Under the pieces are notes generated by a model. That model ran no database searches, was not told the DNA's origin, and saw only the letters and a program-made list of their open reading frames with translations. Shown here piece after piece: positions 36,385 to 45,512 of a stretch of DNA of 64,000 bases. The DNA comes from a virus (Duplodnaviria > Caudoviricetes), in IMG/VR virus record IMGVR_UViG_3300035696_002928, positions 20,565 to 84,564 of that record; one strand, given 5' to 3'. Within the stretch, counting starts at the first letter, position 1, and each line of letters opens with the position of its first letter. Position numbers and translations under genes: made by a program.

Positions 36385-37290
36385 CTACGCGCCCAGGATT
36401 CCGGCCCCATCGTCCCACGCCGCCAGGGTTGACCAACAGCCCGCGTTCTGCGCGTCGATCATCCCGAAGAAAATCCGGTCAACGGTCCCCAGGTAAGAAG
36501 TCTTACCGTAGGTGCCCAGTTCCAGGAAACGCTTGCCGTCGTCCGAGAACTGGAAATGCCAGTTGCCGTCATTCGGGTCCGTGAGCCGCAGCCACATCCA
36601 TTCCGCGCAGGCCGCCGGCACCTGGGAAATAATGTCGGGCGACACGTACCCCGAGTTGCCGTCGTTCTTGCACACATGGAGCATCTTGCGGTTTGCCAGC
36701 CACCGGTAATTCACCGTCTTGTTGCCGGTGTCCATGACCCCGATGCACGCGCCGCCCCAGTACGCCGTGTTGGTCGTTGTCACGCCGCGCACCGCCGCCG
36801 TGAGTTTCCACGTCGGGCCGGCGGGGACGGGGCGCGTCATAAACGCCGTCGCGTTGCCGGGCGAAATGATGATGCTCTTCCCGTGCATCGCCGCGGAAGC
36901 CCCGCTCCCGTAGTCGTGCATCGTGAAGTCGGTCGCCGCCAGCCGGTTCTCGTTGGCGTCGATGATGCGGAACGCCGGCCGGTCGCTGTCCACCAGGGGG
37001 TCGTTGTCACGGAGGTAGCGCTGCAAGCCGCCCTGCGTCAGGACTTGGTAGACCGTCGCCCCGCTCGAATGCCCGGCCGCCGTCGTCCCTTCCAGGCCCC
37101 GCGCGACCGAGAGCGTGTTGCCGGAGACGCCGGTGCAGAGCATCAGTTCGTCGTCCACCAGGACGCGGAAGAAGCCGACGACCGGGAACGCGCTGCCGTC
37201 CACGACCGTGATGGTCGAGTCGCCCGACAGCACCGTCCCATTGAGGTTCGACTGGCTATCGTTCTTGAATAGCTCTCGGCGTTGGGTCAT
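36385..37290 (-). CDS. Tail / receptor-binding protein, paralog 1
   Basis: Same architecture as its neighbours. Confidence 0.7.
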   Translation of the reverse strand: MTQRRELFKNDSQSNLNGTVLSGDSTITVVDGSAFPVVGFFRVLVDDELMLCTGVSGNTLSVARGLEGTTAAGHSSGATVYQVLTQGGLQRYLRDNDPLVDSDRPAFRIIDANENRLAATDFTMHDYGSGASAAMHGKSIIISPGNATAFMTRPVPAGPTWKLTAAVRGVTTTNTAYWGGACIGVMDTGNKTVNYRWLANRKMLHVCKNDGNSGYVSPDIISQVPAACAEWMWLRLTDPNDGNWHFQFSDDGKRFLELGTYGKTSYLGTVDRIFFGMIDAQNAGCWSTLAAWDDGAGILGA

Positions 37291-37366
37291 GGTCCGGCTC
37301 CGAAAGAGGAAATGGGGTCAGCGGCCGGGCTGTGCCCGGCCGCCGACCCACGCGAGGGAGAGATCG

Positions 37367-37990
37367 TTACGCGGTGACGGTGTACGTGACCTTCAACTGG
37401 TCGCCGTTCAGCACCGCCACGTCGCCGGCCGTGAAGGCGGCGGCGGCCCAGAGCACGCCGTCGGCGGCCGTGGTGTCGCCCTTGGTCTGCGACCCGGGGC
37501 TCGCCGTCCCGCCGACGATGAAGAGGCCCTTCACCGTGTTGCCGCTGGTAATGTCGAACACCGCCGCTGCGGCGTTGGTCGTGGACGCGACATGGCTGGT
37601 GACGCCCGCCGCCCCGGCTCCCCATGACGGCCGCGTGCTGGAACTGCCGCCGTTGAGGTTGTCGGTGTAGTCCTGGAACTCACGCCAGCCGTTGGTGCCC
37701 GCCAACTGGGCGTAGGCATCGCCCTGGCCGTAGGACGTAAAGCTGCTGGCGCTGACGAGGCCCATCCACCAGGCCGTCAGCTTCGTGCCGTTGTGGAACA
37801 TCACTTCCAGCAGCTTCGTGCGGCCCTCGTCGGTGATGTAGTTCGACACGTCGAACTCGTTGATCTTCACGCCGCCGCGCCAGTGCTCGACGTGGAACCG
37901 CCCCTTCGGGGCCAGCTTGTCGGCAACGCCCTTGCCCGGACGCACCAGTTCGACGCCGGCCGCCTGGCCCATGTGCAATTCGCTCTTCAT
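37367..37990 (-). CDS. Minor tail structural protein
   Basis: Immediately after the tape measure; N.ITDEG...GDQLKVTYTV pattern. Confidence 0.6.
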   Translation of the reverse strand: MKSELHMGQAAGVELVRPGKGVADKLAPKGRFHVEHWRGGVKINEFDVSNYITDEGRTKLLEVMFHNGTKLTAWWMGLVSASSFTSYGQGDAYAQLAGTNGWREFQDYTDNLNGGSSSTRPSWGAGAAGVTSHVASTTNAAAAVFDITSGNTVKGLFIVGGTASPGSQTKGDTTAADGVLWAAAAFTAGDVAVLNGDQLKVTYTVTA

Positions 37991-38007
37991 CGTTGATTCT
38001 CCGAAAG

Positions 38008-41000
38008 TTAGAGGACTGACGTGCCACGCCGCAACTCACGTCGCAGTTCCGTGGCAATGGATCGAGCCGTTTGGCGGCCCGTTCCGCCGCCTTCGACGGT
38101 TACGTTGATGTCGCCGACGTTGGTGACATGCCCACCCTGGCTGTGGTAGGACGGTTTGCCACCGGCGTTCATCGCCGTAAGCTGCGAAGCGAAACGACGA
38201 GTCGTTGCCGCGCTCATCACCATTTCGCCGGGCGAAAGCATGGCGGGGATCACGTCCGTGCCCCGCGGCCGTCCGCCGCCCGCCAGAAAGGCCATGCCGC
38301 CGTGCGCGGCGGTCATTTCCCCACCACCCCCGCCGGGCGATGGCACGTTACCGGCTGCGGCAGCCAACTCCCGCATGGCCGTGGTCGCTTGCTCGATCTG
38401 GCCGATGAAGCCCGCCAGCGACAAGCCATCAATGGCCGATTGGATCATGGAGAACTTGTTGGTCGTTTCCTGGACCTTCTTGCCGGTCTCCGGGATCGCC
38501 TCGTTCAGGTGTTCCATTCCTTGGGCGGCACCCTTGATCTGTTGATCGAGGTTAGGGAACTTCGACTGGATACCCCGCAACCGCTCGGCATAGTCGAACA
38601 TCTCCCGCAGGCTTTTCAGGTTGGCTTCCGTGGAACTCATGTTGAGATCAAGCGACCAGGGCATGTTTGCCTTGAGGTTCTTGATCTTGTCCGTCAGGTC
38701 TGTCAGCGCTTTCGGATCAATCTGGAGAGGGTGCGACCGCATCTGCAAGATCGTCTCATTGATCTCGCGGAACATCGTGACCGCAGCGTTCAGTTCGGCC
38801 TTACCGCTCCCGCCGAAGACGCCCGTGACCATGTTTGCGCCGACCTTCAGCGCCTGCACCGTGCCGACCGTCTCGTCCTTCTGCACGGCCATGTTGCCGG
38901 TGATCTGCCCTTGCAACGCCTCAATCCGTTGCAAGGCATCAGCCCGCTCCAACTCGGCGTCCTTGACGGCCTTAGCCGATGTCGCCTGCTCCCGCGGATA
39001 GTCCCCGGCAATCTTGAACTGCTCCTCCATCGTCTTGCCGGCCAGCTTCGACTTGTCGCCGCCGACGAACACATCGAGATTGATTCGTCCAAGTCCCGTC
39101 GTGATGCGCTGATTCAGCTTGCTGAGCGACTGATCGGCGATGAACAGGTCGCGGACTTCGGCCTTTGTCACGGTGCCTTCCATCGTCTCGCGCATCTTGC
39201 GCTTCATGCCGTCGAAATTGAGCCAGTCGGAGACCTCCCACTTCTTGCTGGCCATCATCAGGTTTTGGAATTCCTGAAGACCCGCCTTCGTCTTGGTGAC
39301 AGCTTTCTCACGATCCTCGCCTGCAAGGGGGTGATTCTTCTTGTCGAACAGGTCCATGTCCTTGGAGATTGCCTTGGCCAACTCCCGCATCCGCGTGACG
39401 CGCTGTTCCTCGTCGGCCGCGGCCTGGGCAGCTTGCTTGGCCTGCACTTGCTTGCTGGCCCGCAACTGCTCATTGGCCGTCAATTCGCTCCGCAGAACGC
39501 CCTCGATCGCCGCCTCCGCGTCTTGCTGGCCGAGGGTGTCCTTCCGCCGCTGGGCAATCGACATCGACTCTTGGGCGAATGCCTGCGCCCGTTTGTAGAT
39601 GCTTTGCGCCGCCTCGATGTCCTGCGGCGTCTTGGCCGTGGACATCAGTTCTTCGGCCTGGCGAGCCAAGCTGAGGGCGCGGCCGGCAAAGTCTTTCTGC
39701 TGTTCCCAGCCGCTCTTCCACTGGCTCTCGTACCAACGGAACTGGGTGTCCGCCAGACTGCCGGCGATTGCGGTACTCCGCTTCATCGAATCGGAGATGG
39801 CGCGGTCGGCTTCACTGGCCAGGTTGCGCAGGATGTGGACCTCCTTGTCGGCCTCTTCGGTGATCTTGAGCATCGTGGCATGGGAATCGGCGATCAGACG
39901 CTTGTTGTCCGTCTGCGTGGCGTCCACCATGTCGAAGTAGTCTTTGCGCCGCTCGGCCAAGGTTTGCTCGGCCTTGTGGACGATCTCCTGGTTAGCGCGG
40001 TCCTCTTCGTCAATCCGTCGTTGAGACGCCGCGCGAACCATGTCCAGGCGGTCCATTTCCGCCCGATGGAACTCGTCCTCCGCCTGCCGAATGCTCTGGA
40101 TGATCCGGCTGTTGGTGAAGTCGAAGGCCGCATACGCCGTGAGTCCTACGAGTAGACCGTTCACGGCAAGGCCCAAGGGACCGAGCCCCAGGGCCGCCAG
40201 CCGCGCGTTGAGGGCCATTGTGCCCAGCACTGCGGCAAACGAGCCGAAGACCGCCACGCCTGTCAGCACGACGGGGACCAGTGCTTTGATGGCCGCACCG
40301 ACCGCATCCGCGCCGCCGGCAAACGACAGGAATTGGTTCACCACCTTGACGATTGCCGCACCCAGGTCGGTGGTGAGGAAGGTTTTCAGCTTGTTCATCT
40401 CAGTGAGCGTCTTCTGCGCATCGCTCTCGATGAACAACCGGTACTTCTCGTTGAAAGCGGCGACCGACACCTCATGGAGGTGCGCCAAGGCTTCCGCCGT
40501 CCGCCGGCCATTGTCATCCGTCTCCCGCAACGCCCCGCTGATGGCACGGACGTTGGGAATCAACTTGGCGAAAGCCGACATATTCTCGTCCGTGCTCTCG
40601 CGCAGCTTGAGCAAGGCCCCTTCGAGGCCCAAGGCCGCGATCATTTGCGGGCCGGACTCGAAGCCCAATTGGCGCAGTTCTTTCTGCAAGTCCTGCGACG
40701 GCTTGATAAGGGCCATCATCGCGGACCGCAACGCCGTGGCAGCCTCGGCCGGCTTGACGCCGGAAATGGTCAGCGTGACCATCATGGCGTTAAGCTCGTC
40801 GAGCGACACGCCCAGCTCCGACGACACAGCCGTTACGCGGCCGAGCACGGAGGCCAGTTCCTCCCCACGCACGCGGCCGATCTGGATGGTGGCAAAGAAC
40901 TTCGCCGCCACCTCCTCGGCCTGGCTGGAGGCCATGTGGTAGGCATTCATCGTGCCGGACAACAGGTTGACGGCCTGGCCGGCGTCCATCACCGCCACCT

Positions 41001-41694
41001 TCGACAGCTTGAAGGCCGCCGTCAGCACCTCAGTTTGCTGCGCGGTAGTGGTGAATTGATTCGAGAGCACCTGGTACTGCGCCTCGGCGACCTGCGCCAA
41101 GGGGATGTTGAACTCGCGGGAGAGTTGCGCGACGTGCTGCGCGATCGAATCCAGGCTGGTGTTGACGCCCGGAGCGATCGACTGAATCTCGGCCACGCGG
41201 GTCATAAACTGCAAGTTGGAGTCGAATGCCTCGTGCATGGCGTCACGGATGGCGCTCAGCGCGCGGACGATGGCCTGCGTCATCACAACGCGGCTCATGG
41301 TCTCCCATGACACGATGAACTTGGCCGCCGCCTTGTCGGCCTCTTCAATCGGCGTCTTGTCAATCTGCGGCGTGACCTTCGGCACCTGGGCCGGGGCAAC
41401 GGCCGCAGCCGGCGCGCCCGCCGCGCCACCACCGGACTGACCAGGAACCGCCACCTGCGACGCGCCGAAGGCCGTATGCAACTTGCCCATTGCGACGGCT
41501 GCCAGATCGGCGTTGGCGGCGATGTCCTTCAACACCTGCACAGTGTCTTTCGCGCAGGCGTTCCACACCGCCATCGACTCGGCCACCGAGGACAAACGCC
41601 CCTCGAAGCTGCCGAAGGCCACGTCCATCTTCGCCAAGGCATCAAGGGCGGCGGAGGCATCGAATCCAAGCTGTTGAATGATTTCATCAGCCAT
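38008..41694 (-). CDS. Tail tape measure protein
   Basis: 1228 aa, Ala-rich helical; TP901-type core (VAEAQYQVLS...MVTLTISGVKPAEAATALRS). Confidence 0.88.
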   Translation of the reverse strand: MADEIIQQLGFDASAALDALAKMDVAFGSFEGRLSSVAESMAVWNACAKDTVQVLKDIAANADLAAVAMGKLHTAFGASQVAVPGQSGGGAAGAPAAAVAPAQVPKVTPQIDKTPIEEADKAAAKFIVSWETMSRVVMTQAIVRALSAIRDAMHEAFDSNLQFMTRVAEIQSIAPGVNTSLDSIAQHVAQLSREFNIPLAQVAEAQYQVLSNQFTTTAQQTEVLTAAFKLSKVAVMDAGQAVNLLSGTMNAYHMASSQAEEVAAKFFATIQIGRVRGEELASVLGRVTAVSSELGVSLDELNAMMVTLTISGVKPAEAATALRSAMMALIKPSQDLQKELRQLGFESGPQMIAALGLEGALLKLRESTDENMSAFAKLIPNVRAISGALRETDDNGRRTAEALAHLHEVSVAAFNEKYRLFIESDAQKTLTEMNKLKTFLTTDLGAAIVKVVNQFLSFAGGADAVGAAIKALVPVVLTGVAVFGSFAAVLGTMALNARLAALGLGPLGLAVNGLLVGLTAYAAFDFTNSRIIQSIRQAEDEFHRAEMDRLDMVRAASQRRIDEEDRANQEIVHKAEQTLAERRKDYFDMVDATQTDNKRLIADSHATMLKITEEADKEVHILRNLASEADRAISDSMKRSTAIAGSLADTQFRWYESQWKSGWEQQKDFAGRALSLARQAEELMSTAKTPQDIEAAQSIYKRAQAFAQESMSIAQRRKDTLGQQDAEAAIEGVLRSELTANEQLRASKQVQAKQAAQAAADEEQRVTRMRELAKAISKDMDLFDKKNHPLAGEDREKAVTKTKAGLQEFQNLMMASKKWEVSDWLNFDGMKRKMRETMEGTVTKAEVRDLFIADQSLSKLNQRITTGLGRINLDVFVGGDKSKLAGKTMEEQFKIAGDYPREQATSAKAVKDAELERADALQRIEALQGQITGNMAVQKDETVGTVQALKVGANMVTGVFGGSGKAELNAAVTMFREINETILQMRSHPLQIDPKALTDLTDKIKNLKANMPWSLDLNMSSTEANLKSLREMFDYAERLRGIQSKFPNLDQQIKGAAQGMEHLNEAIPETGKKVQETTNKFSMIQSAIDGLSLAGFIGQIEQATTAMRELAAAAGNVPSPGGGGGEMTAAHGGMAFLAGGGRPRGTDVIPAMLSPGEMVMSAATTRRFASQLTAMNAGGKPSYHSQGGHVTNVGDINVTVEGGGTGRQTARSIATELRRELRRGTSVL

Positions 41695-41697
41695 GAT

Positions 41698-42189
41698 CTA
41701 CCTCACCTTGAGCTTGGCGGACCGGAGATACTCGAACGGATTGGGCAAGCGCACGGTCTCCGCATACTGGCGGAAGGCGGCCTGCCCCTTCTTCTGAAAG
41801 TCGTAGGGGCCGGGCTTCCTGAGATTGAAGCCCCATTGCGTGGCGTCGAAATACTCGTTAATGAGCAGCCACGGCAAAGTTGTCTGGTACTTGAAGACGT
41901 AGCGGCCCTTGGCCTCGTCGGTCTCCAAGGCCCCGCTGCTCTCCGCCTCCCCGCGGCTGATGCGACTCGGGGCGACGGGAAAAATCGGGATGCTGTATTC
42001 GATGTGGTTGGCCAACGCCCGAAACGTGGCCCGTGACGCCCCGCTCCACACGGGCACTTCGGCCAGCACGGTCGCTTCCAACCATGCCATAAGGGCCTGA
42101 GCGATGGCTTCACGAAGATGCTTGTCCACCGCGCGGCGGTATGCCGACAGGTCCAGTCGCGGTGCCAGCAGCGTGCCCGTGAACTTCAT
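41698..42189 (-). CDS. Neck/tail completion-like protein
   Basis: EVPVWSGASRA resembles the HK97 gp10 P.DTG.LR motif; position. Confidence 0.5.
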   Translation of the reverse strand: MKFTGTLLAPRLDLSAYRRAVDKHLREAIAQALMAWLEATVLAEVPVWSGASRATFRALANHIEYSIPIFPVAPSRISRGEAESSGALETDEAKGRYVFKYQTTLPWLLINEYFDATQWGFNLRKPGPYDFQKKGQAAFRQYAETVRLPNPFEYLRSAKLKVR

Positions 42190-42205
42190 GGTCAGGAACC
42201 TCCCG

Positions 42206-42451
42206 TCACTCGGCCGCATCGGGCATCCTTGCCCCCATCAGGCGTGCGTCCCGCACAGACTCGTCGTAAGCGCACGTCTGGTCGAACGCGACGATCAAGG
42301 CTTGCGTCTCGACCGTGCAGTCGTCCCAGGCCGGCTTGACGCCTGGCGGCCGGAGTCCTAGGCGCTGGCAGGCGCACCAGACGGCGTACTCGCCGGTTCG
42401 GTGGGGAGGCCAGAGGACGCGGGCTTCGGTTCCTGACCAGCTAGAAAAACC
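42206..42451 (-). CDS. Probable -1 frameshift extension of the tail assembly chaperone
   Basis: Open -1 frame with no good start of its own, overlapping the chaperone end at GGTTTTTC. Confidence 0.5.
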   Translation of the reverse strand, partial: GFSSWSGTEARVLWPPHRTGEYAVWCACQRLGLRPPGVKPAWDDCTVETQALIVAFDQTCAYDESVRDARLMGARMPDAAE

Positions 42452-42882
42452 TCGCGGGCCTTCTTCAGCTTCAACTCGTCCAGGCAGTTGGCCTCCAGCA
42501 CGAGGTTCATCACCCGATGGCACTCGATGTCGCTAAGGCCGCCGTTGCGCAGGTCCGTGGCCCAGCCCTTCCAGGTGCGCGGATCGCCTTCCGTCACCGT
42601 GTCCCATTCGATCTGGCTCGGTTCCAGCGACTTCATCACCATGTAGCCGAGCCGCTGGCTGGCCCACCCCGCCAAGACCTGTTGGTAGGTGGGGTCGTTC
42701 TCCATCGGCACGAAGCCGTCGCGGGTCATCTTGCCGGGCGGAATCGGCCGCGGGCACACGGTCTCGAAGGCGTCCATGTCCCGCACGGGCTGCGCCCGAA
42801 AAACGATCTGCTGCTCGCCGCGGGGCAGCACGAGAACCACTTCACTCGGAAGCGTGGTAGGATCAATCCCTGCGATCTTCAT
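42358..42882 (-). CDS. Tail assembly chaperone
   Basis: Follows the major tail gene; GGGAGA RBS. Confidence 0.65.
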   Translation of the reverse strand: MKIAGIDPTTLPSEVVLVLPRGEQQIVFRAQPVRDMDAFETVCPRPIPPGKMTRDGFVPMENDPTYQQVLAGWASQRLGYMVMKSLEPSQIEWDTVTEGDPRTWKGWATDLRNGGLSDIECHRVMNLVLEANCLDELKLKKAREVFLAGQEPKPASSGLPTEPASTPSGAPASA

Positions 42883-42918
42883 TGACTTGTCTCCCTCAGA
42901 TGATCGAAAAGAGAAGAT

Positions 42919-42950
42919 CGGCAGCGCCGGCGATGGTGCCGGCGCTGCCG
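42919..42950 (-). terminator. Intrinsic terminator after the major tail gene
   Basis: 13 bp GC stem CGGCAGCGCCGGC/GCCGGCGCTGCCG followed by a T-rich tract on the minus strand. Confidence 0.65.
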
Positions 42951-43006
42951 GCTAGCCTATTGACTAGCGGAACCGGTCATTTCAGAAAGAGGACCGGGGA
43001 GTCGTC

Positions 43007-44104
43007 TTAGGCGTTCGGCCGGGTGACTTCCGGCTCACGCACCTTGCACTTGCCTGACAGCACGATCGTCGCCGCGCTGTAGTTGATCTCGCGGGTCTCA
43101 GCCCGGAACATCGGGAACAGCGTGACTTCCGCCTGCGACGGCGCGCACGGCGGCTCGTAATCGACTTCCAGGTCGATGCAGAAGGGCTCGCACTGGTCGG
43201 GCGAGGAGCTAACCCACTCCGACGCCGCGCCCGTGCCCTTCAGGGCCTCCATCGGGCAGACGTGCTCGCCGGTGATCGAGACGATGTGCTCGTACACGGC
43301 GTCCAGCTTCACGTCCATCGGGACATCCTTCGGCTCCCGGACGGTATCCAACCGGCCGCGGTCCAGAAGGTATTGGTAGTCCCGGTGCTCGGTGTAGGTC
43401 AGGTTCCCGTCACCGATCTTGATGGCGATTTGCTGCGGCCCGAAGGTCAGGACGGCATCGTCGAGATAGGTGCCGGGACCGAGGGGCGGCGTGAACGTAA
43501 CGCTGAGGGTCGTGGTCGTGGGAGTCGGCACAGCGCCCGTCGTGTTGTTGGTCACGGCCACGGTGCCGGTGTCGCCTGCGCCCGTCATCAGGGCTTGCGG
43601 CGCGTTGCCCAGGACACCCTTGAACTCCACGACGTAGGGGCCGCCGGCGCTGCCGGTCACGTCCCAATCGTTGGTCCCGTAGCCGTCGTCCATCGCCACA
43701 ATCGCCGCCTTCACGGCAACATTGTCGGCGTCGTGGGCGATGGCGGCCGTCGTCTTGCCGCCCCACGTCAGGGTGAAGGTAGTCGTGCAGCCCGACACCG
43801 TGACGTTCTGCTTGGCGTTCACGCCCGCGTTGGCCCCTTGCGTGCGGCCGGTGACGGTGTGGACCTGGGGATAGGTGTTGTCCAGGCTGTCGGGCGGGAC
43901 GACCGGCGGGTTCGTTTCCCCGGCGACGGTAAAGGTCGCGCCCACGGGGACCCTTGCCGGCGTGAGGCTGTTCAGTGCCACACCATCGAGGGCAAGCGTC
44001 GTGTCCCCCGGTGCCGGCGGCGTGGTGGGCTGGTTGACCAGCCCGGTTCCGTTCAGACCGTCCATCATGCGGACGGTGCAGTATTTCAGTTCGATGCGAG
44101 CCAT
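43007..44104 (-). CDS. Major tail (tube) protein with inserted accessory domains
   Basis: Position; terminal tube-like segments flank Thr/Gly-rich inserts. Confidence 0.65.
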   Translation of the reverse strand: MARIELKYCTVRMMDGLNGTGLVNQPTTPPAPGDTTLALDGVALNSLTPARVPVGATFTVAGETNPPVVPPDSLDNTYPQVHTVTGRTQGANAGVNAKQNVTVSGCTTTFTLTWGGKTTAAIAHDADNVAVKAAIVAMDDGYGTNDWDVTGSAGGPYVVEFKGVLGNAPQALMTGAGDTGTVAVTNNTTGAVPTPTTTTLSVTFTPPLGPGTYLDDAVLTFGPQQIAIKIGDGNLTYTEHRDYQYLLDRGRLDTVREPKDVPMDVKLDAVYEHIVSITGEHVCPMEALKGTGAASEWVSSSPDQCEPFCIDLEVDYEPPCAPSQAEVTLFPMFRAETREINYSAATIVLSGKCKVREPEVTRPNA

Positions 44105-44125
44105 AGTTGGTTGATCTCCTGTTGC

Positions 44126-44614
44126 CTAGCCGTCAAGGTCGATAACGTAGCGGGCGTCGATCATCACCTGCTTCTGCCGGTCGGTCTGATCGGTTTGCCC
44201 AAAGTGAAACACACGAACTGCGTCGTTACGTCCTGTGCGAGGCAGTAAGCAGGTCACGAGGCTTTCGTCGTCACCAGGTTGATCCCCGTAGCGCCTCAGC
44301 GGGATTGGATTGTCCAGCGCCTCGTGAAACTTCCCCACAATGGTGATGATGTCGTATTGGTTCCCGTTGGCTTCGTACCGGCTCGTGAAGAGCACGTTGA
44401 TGTCAACGCCCAACTCGTAGTAGTCTTTACTCAGTTCCTTGGTGAAGGGGCCTGACATGCGGATTTCCACCCGCGTGGCCGACTCCATGAATTGCGTCGT
44501 CCGCTCGTCCAACCCCTCCATCAACGCCGGGATGTTCGCCTCTTTGGCGATCTGTTTCATCAGGGTCGCCACGGATGCGAACGCCCAGCGTGCCCAATTC
44601 GGATTCACTGCCAT
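44126..44614 (-). CDS. Tail terminator-like protein
   Basis: Position directly before the tail tube gene; size. Confidence 0.5.
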   Translation of the reverse strand: MAVNPNWARWAFASVATLMKQIAKEANIPALMEGLDERTTQFMESATRVEIRMSGPFTKELSKDYYELGVDINVLFTSRYEANGNQYDIITIVGKFHEALDNPIPLRRYGDQPGDDESLVTCLLPRTGRNDAVRVFHFGQTDQTDRQKQVMIDARYVIDLDG

Positions 44615-44622
44615 GCGCGCAC

Positions 44623-45147
44623 CTATGGGGTGGTTGCGGGATTGTCGTTGAGCGTTAGTTGGTCGCTTGCGTCCAGCCGCGGTCGCCAGGGGTTGTGGAT
44701 TTCGTCAATGACTTCCACGCGCCCTTTCAGTTCCTTGCCAATCACCAACCAGGCCGTGTCGAACTCGTACTCCGTGATGCTTTCGATGTCGTAGTGCCGG
44801 TCGTTGAAGACGATCCAGTCGTCTCTTTCCAGGACGAGATCGGAGGGCACCTCGCGGCGGTCGAAAAGGAAATGCCGGCCGCCGGTATCGAAACTGGAGC
44901 CTTGAATGATCGACCGATTGGCCGTCATCGCCCCCGCGTTCTGCCGCACCTCCCGCTGATTCTTCGCAGGGAGGATGATGACGCGCTTAATCCTCCAGGT
45001 CTTGATGGTCCACTCGGTCTGGCCGGTCTTCGTGTCGGCCTGGACCTGGACCTTGCGGCGCACGAATACGGTTGCGCCGTTGCGGCGCTTGTGGACGTAC
45101 AGTGCCAGCCGCATGAAGCGATCGTGGATGGGATTGGCGTTCTTCAT
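44623..45147 (-). CDS. Head closure / head-tail joining protein
   Basis: DDWIVFNDRHYDIESI pattern; position. Confidence 0.55.
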   Translation of the reverse strand: MKNANPIHDRFMRLALYVHKRRNGATVFVRRKVQVQADTKTGQTEWTIKTWRIKRVIILPAKNQREVRQNAGAMTANRSIIQGSSFDTGGRHFLFDRREVPSDLVLERDDWIVFNDRHYDIESITEYEFDTAWLVIGKELKGRVEVIDEIHNPWRPRLDASDQLTLNDNPATTP

Positions 45148-45151
45148 CGTG

Positions 45152-45424
45152 CTACCCCTGCGGGCATTGGTGCCGCAAGGGGCACTCGAAGTGGCTGCTG
45201 GCCAGGGCCTTTTCCAGTCGCTCCATCATGGTCGTGTTCTGCGCGATCACGTCCGTGCAGCGCTCCACCATCGGCAGCAGCACTGCGCGCTGCTCGCCTT
45301 CCAACTTGTCGATACGCCTGCTCATGCGCAGTTCGCGGAGCCAGTTCTGCCAGAGGAAGAATCCCACCACCAGAACCAACGGCCCGTACTGCCGCAGCAG
45401 CAACCAAAGGTCGGACAGTTCCAT
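45152..45424 (-). CDS. Holin-like single-TM coiled-coil protein
   Basis: QYGPLVLVVGFFLWQNW TM segment followed by a coiled coil. Confidence 0.45.
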   Translation of the reverse strand: MELSDLWLLLRQYGPLVLVVGFFLWQNWLRELRMSRRIDKLEGEQRAVLLPMVERCTDVIAQNTTMMERLEKALASSHFECPLRHQCPQG

Positions 45425-45455
45425 ACCGAGTCCTCCACCTGCGAAACGAGAAAGG

Positions 45456-45488
45456 CCGCCCGGCCCGGATGCGCACCGAGCCGGGCGG
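45456..45488 (-). terminator. Hairpin / terminator after the major capsid gene
   Basis: CCGCCCGGCcCGG...CCGaGCCGGGCGG stem followed by CCTTTCTCGTTT on the minus strand. Confidence 0.55.
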
Positions 45489-45512
45489 ATTCGTGACCTT
45501 GAGACAGCGGGC

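Noticed and set aside
34552-37290. Diversity-generating retroelement acting on the tail paralogues
   Set aside because: No reverse transcriptase and no near-identical template repeat differing only at adenines
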